From the NCBI GenBank assembly GCA_030587365.2, contig JAUQZE020000364.1, positions 1 through 27,324 on the forward strand: DNA of 27,324 bases, read 5' to 3'. The position numbers and the translations under genes were made by a program. Positions 24,782 through 27,324 of this stretch are shown here, piece by piece. The notes beneath the pieces were generated by a model. The model was not told the origin of the DNA. It was given only the letters and a program-made list of their open reading frames with translations, and ran no database searches. Positions within the stretch are counted from its first letter, which is position 1, and every line of letters begins with the position of its first letter. The stretch comes from Candidatus Freyarchaeota archaeon (GTDB taxonomy: Archaea; Asgardarchaeota; Jordiarchaeia; Jordiarchaeales; Jordiarchaeaceae).

Positions 24782-24989
24782 GGGGACGTAGTGTAGTCAG
24801 TGTTGTTCAAAACATGTTTGTGGTTTTGAACGCGACTAGGCAGCACGGCAGGCTCCAGAGGCTGTGAATATTGGCTGAGCTGACCAGAAGATGATGAACT
24901 TCTGGAGCAGTGAGCCAGAGAGACTTGCTAGTCGTGAGTTCAAAGTGGAGAAACAATGTTTCTCTATGGAAATCTCACCGTCCCCACCA
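24782..24989 (+). tRNA. tRNA-Trp(CCA) interrupted by three BHB introns, at 24801-24839 (D-loop, 39 nt), 24859-24922 (canonical 37/38, 64 nt) and 24945-24972 (T-loop 59/60, 28 nt). CCA is encoded.
   Basis: Spliced product: GGGGACG TA GTGT AGTCAGGCA GCAC G GCAGG CTCCAGA CTTGC TAGTC GTGAG TTCAAAT CTCAC CGTCCCC A CCA (77 nt). BHB central helices are AGTC/GACT (D-loop), CTCC/AGAG with one C-A mismatch (37/38) and TTCA/TGGA (59/60). Each is flanked by 3-nt bulges and an intron hairpin. Confidence 0.87.
24859..24922 (+). ncRNA. Box C/D guide RNA embedded in the tRNA-Trp 37/38 intron; predicted to guide 2'-O-methylation of C34 of its own tRNA
   Basis: D' CUGA (24880-83) is followed by a 7-nt spacer and C' AUGAUGA (24891-97). 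The 12-nt guide ACTTCTGGAGCA (24898-909) precedes a D-like GUGA (24910-13). A degenerate C box, GUGAAUA (24864-70), could covary with GUGA. TCTGGAGC is the reverse complement of tRNA positions 31-38 (GCTCCAGA), and the N+5 rule lands on C34. Confidence 0.65.
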
Positions 24990-25113
24990 ATTCTAATTTT
25001 TAAACTCCGTGAATCTTCTGTGTGGACTGCACAAAAGAAATTTTAGTTTGGCTTGGTACTTAAAGGCTTAATATTTTGTTTTTGGAGCTTTGAGGCTGGC
25101 TGGGTTGAGTGTC

Positions 25114-25968
25114 ATGGAGATTAGCCTTGTTCTTCCCGGTTCCTTGGTGGTTGACGCTCCCGATTTGAGACTTAAGACTTTGAAGGTGGGGCAGATAGGT
25201 CGTTTAGCCGCCATTTATAGAGTGTCGGAGGTGTTACTTTATGCTGATTATTCTTTCGATAAGCAGAGAAAAGATCTAGTTCTTGTTAAGGAGATTTTGG
25301 ACTACATGGAAATGCCTCAGTATTTGAGGAAGCGTCTTATTCCTTCTTCTCCTCGTTTGAGGTATGCTGGAATTCTTCCGCCTCTAGCATCGCCTCACCA
25401 TCCTCTTCAAAGTAGGAAGAGCCGGCTGCAGGATGGGGAGTTCCGAGAAGGTGTGGTTGTTAGGAGTGATCCTCGGAGATGTTTGGTGGATATTGGAGTA
25501 GAGCAGCCTCAAAGGCTTCTTGGGGCAAGTTTGCCTGAGGGTACTCGGGTTACTGTGAGAGTAGTTATGAAAGATAATAAACTGTACCTAGAGAGGGTTA
25601 ACCGTAGTGAGGTTAAAACTTATTGGGGTTATGAGGTTAGAATTTTGAAGGGTTCTTTAGCTTCGATTCTCAAGCATCTTCGTCCCGGATTGATTGTCTT
25701 GACCTCCAGGTATGGGGTTACGTTTAGGAGTGTTTCGGAGCAGATTTTGGATGGGTGGAGGCGTGTGGGAAGACTTTTCTTAATTTTTGGGGGGCCCCAT
25801 CGGGGTTTGAGAGAAATTCTTGAGGATGAGGGAGTAACTCCAGAGGAGGTGGGGGATTTTATGGTAAACTTCATACCTCATCAGGGGACAAGAACTGTTA
25901 GGACTGAGGAAGCGGCGGCTGCAGCCCTTGCAGTTTTAAATCTATGCCGAGGGGATGTTTCAAAATAA
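25114..25968 (+). CDS. SPOUT-superfamily putative RNA methyltransferase (DUF171 / Methyltrn_RNA_3-like)
   Basis: MEISLVLPGSLVVDAPDLRLKTLKVGQIGRLAAIYRVSEVLLY matches the remembered N-terminal signature of this family. The C-terminus TVRTEEAAAAALAVLN is also typical. The ATG at 25114 is preferred over TTG 25090. Confidence 0.75.
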   Translation: MEISLVLPGSLVVDAPDLRLKTLKVGQIGRLAAIYRVSEVLLYADYSFDKQRKDLVLVKEILDYMEMPQYLRKRLIPSSPRLRYAGILPPLASPHHPLQSRKSRLQDGEFREGVVVRSDPRRCLVDIGVEQPQRLLGASLPEGTRVTVRVVMKDNKLYLERVNRSEVKTYWGYEVRILKGSLASILKHLRPGLIVLTSRYGVTFRSVSEQILDGWRRVGRLFLIFGGPHRGLREILEDEGVTPEEVGDFMVNFIPHQGTRTVRTEEAAAAALAVLNLCRGDVSK

Positions 25969-26195
25969 AATCCCGCATAACACATGGATTATGGATGTGG
26001 GATTTATCCAAACACTTTGTAATATGTTGGGGTTTCTTTGGAAATTGCAAATTTGTTTTCTTATACGTTGGGGGCTTTATCCTGATTGTTAATTCGGGAG
26101 GTTCGATAGGTTCTGGTGAATTATTTAATAAGAAAATTTAATTAGGAACGGTGTATTCCTCTACAAAGCAGTGGATACTATAAGGTGATGGTTAA

Positions 26196-26462
26196 ATGAG
26201 TTTCAATCCTTACAAGGTAATAATTAGGCCTGTGACTACAGAATCAGCACTGGAGTTAATAGAGTCCGAAAACAAGTTGGTTTTCCTTGTAGATCGAAAA
26301 TTTAATAAGGCGAGCATAAAGAAAGCTGTGGAAGAACTTTATGATGTGAAGGTTGATAAAGTGACTACTCTGATTCTGCCTAATGGTAAGAAAAAGGCCT
26401 ACGTGAAGCTTTCACCTGAATATGATGCCATGGATATTGCGACTAAAATCGGCATATTCTAG
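26196..26462 (+). CDS. rpl23: Ribosomal protein uL23 (L23)
   Basis: [67 protein letters not shown] is the L23/L25 family signature. AAGGTGAT Shine-Dalgarno upstream. Confidence 0.92.
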   Translation: MSFNPYKVIIRPVTTESALELIESENKLVFLVDRKFNKASIKKAVEELYDVKVDKVTTLILPNGKKKAYVKLSPEYDAMDIATKIGIF

Positions 26463-26545
26463 GTAAAACTCTTTTTTCAAATTTGTGTGGACTTGTTTTT
26501 ATTATGCCAATGGGGGTATTTCTTTTCCCAACATTTTGGTAGGTT

Positions 26546-27187
26546 GTGGCTTTGAAGATAAAAGATTTGGTTATGGAAATTAATAAGCTGAAGGCCAGTC
26601 CGGTAGCAGAGGAAATCTCTAGAAGAATGAGAGAGTTTGAGGAACTTCACGAGAAAAGTGATTATGAATGGTTTTCGGAGCTTTGTTTCTGTATTCTGAC
26701 TTCCTATTCCAGTGCTGAGTTGGGGTTGAAAATTCAGAAGGAACTAGGCTATGAGAATTTTTTAAGGCTTCCTCTGGAAACATTGTGCGACAAGCTCAGA
26801 AAAGGAGGACATAGATTTTGGGAAAAAAGAGCAAACTTTATTGTTTGTGCCAGAAACTTTCGTAATATAAAAGAAATTGTGACAAGTTTCTCCGATGAGC
26901 GGAAGGCTAGAGAATGGTTAGTTAGAAATATCAAAGGGCTGGGTTACAAGGAGGCTAGCCACTTTCTGAGGAATGTGGGTTACCGTAATGTTGCAATACT
27001 TGATAGACATGTTATTCGGGTTATGGTTGAATATGGGCTGATCAATGAGGTACCTAAAACTGTGACTAGAAAAAAATATCTAGAATTCGAACAAAAATTG
27101 GAGAAGTTGGCTGAAGAGCTAAATTTATCCCTTGGAGAGTTAGACCTCTACATGTGGTTTATGAAAACAGGTAAAGTTCTGAAATAA
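26546..27187 (+). CDS. ogg: N-glycosylase/DNA lyase (archaeal Ogg2-type 8-oxoguanine glycosylase, HhH-GPD)
   Basis: HhH-GPD block IKGLGYKEASHFLRNVGYRNVAILDRHV, containing the catalytic Lys and Asp positions. The ~205-213 aa length matches the Methanocaldococcus-type Ogg. The start is GTG 26546 or ATG 26573. Confidence 0.83.
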   Translation: MALKIKDLVMEINKLKASPVAEEISRRMREFEELHEKSDYEWFSELCFCILTSYSSAELGLKIQKELGYENFLRLPLETLCDKLRKGGHRFWEKRANFIVCARNFRNIKEIVTSFSDERKAREWLVRNIKGLGYKEASHFLRNVGYRNVAILDRHVIRVMVEYGLINEVPKTVTRKKYLEFEQKLEKLAEELNLSLGELDLYMWFMKTGKVLK

Positions 27188-27199
27188 CATTATTTTTGG

Positions 27200-27322
27200 C
27201 TAAATTAGAGAAGCGTAAACTGCTAGAAAGACTAACATTATTGCATAGGATGAAATGAGTGCCACTGCTGTTTTTAGCTGATTAAGCTGTCTGATTCCTA
27301 AGGCTATTAGAAAAGCCGCCCA
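27200..27322 (-). CDS. C-terminal end of an ORF entering from the right edge; hydrophobic (membrane protein-like)
   Basis: My own translation of the minus frame gives WAAFLIALGIRQLNQLKTAVALISSYAIMLVFLAVYASLI*, with the stop at 27200-27202. Confidence 0.3.
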   Translation of the reverse strand, partial: WAAFLIALGIRQLNQLKTAVALISSYAIMLVFLAVYASLI

Positions 27323-27324
27323 TA

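Overview
This is an archaeal chromosomal window. Supporting evidence: an unsplit RpoB, a GHMP-type shikimate kinase, the DKFP/aspartate-semialdehyde route into aromatic biosynthesis, a GPN-loop GTPase, eL33/L35Ae, bulge-helix-bulge (BHB) introns, TATA-type promoters and oligo-T terminators. It is AT-rich by eye, with GC-rich stable-RNA islands. The lineage cannot be fixed from here, but the many non-canonical tRNA introns resemble TACK or Thermoproteales-like archaea.

Contents:
1. 1.9-8.6 kb (+): an RHH protein, then aroD-aroE-aroK(archaeal)-aroA-aroC, chorismate mutase and tyrA.
2. 12.9-17.1 kb (-): a translationally coupled operon, aspartate kinase - asd - aroA' (ADH synthase) - aroB' (DHQ synthase II).
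3. Scattered housekeeping singletons: acyP, rpl35ae, GPN GTPase, an Lrp/AsnC regulator, an orphan rpoB, a SPOUT methyltransferase, an orphan rpl23 and ogg. There is also a 667-aa repeat-built coiled-coil/wHTH protein, a Cys-rich mini-protein and a DUF123 (GIY-YIG-like) protein.
4. 23.7-25.0 kb: a stable-RNA island, the most unusual part. It holds tRNA-Lys(UUU) with 3 introns, tRNA-Asp(GUC) with 2 introns, and tRNA-Trp(CCA) with 3 introns, one of which carries a box C/D guide for C34. It also holds a 5S rRNA gene whose two halves are in inverted (circularly permuted) order and are bracketed by a textbook BHB motif. This predicts excision and circularisation by the tRNA-splicing machinery.
5. 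A further box C/D sRNA candidate with an 11-nt perfect guide to the 23S helix-69 sequence lies at 12.09-12.16 kb.

No CRISPR array, transposase, integrase or recognisable defence genes were seen. Many track ORFs have over-extended N-termini; I moved starts to internal ATGs that sit 4 nt (8 nt for aroE) downstream of a GGTGAT or GGAGG Shine-Dalgarno. All calls rest on reading the sequence and on remembered family motifs. No searches were run.
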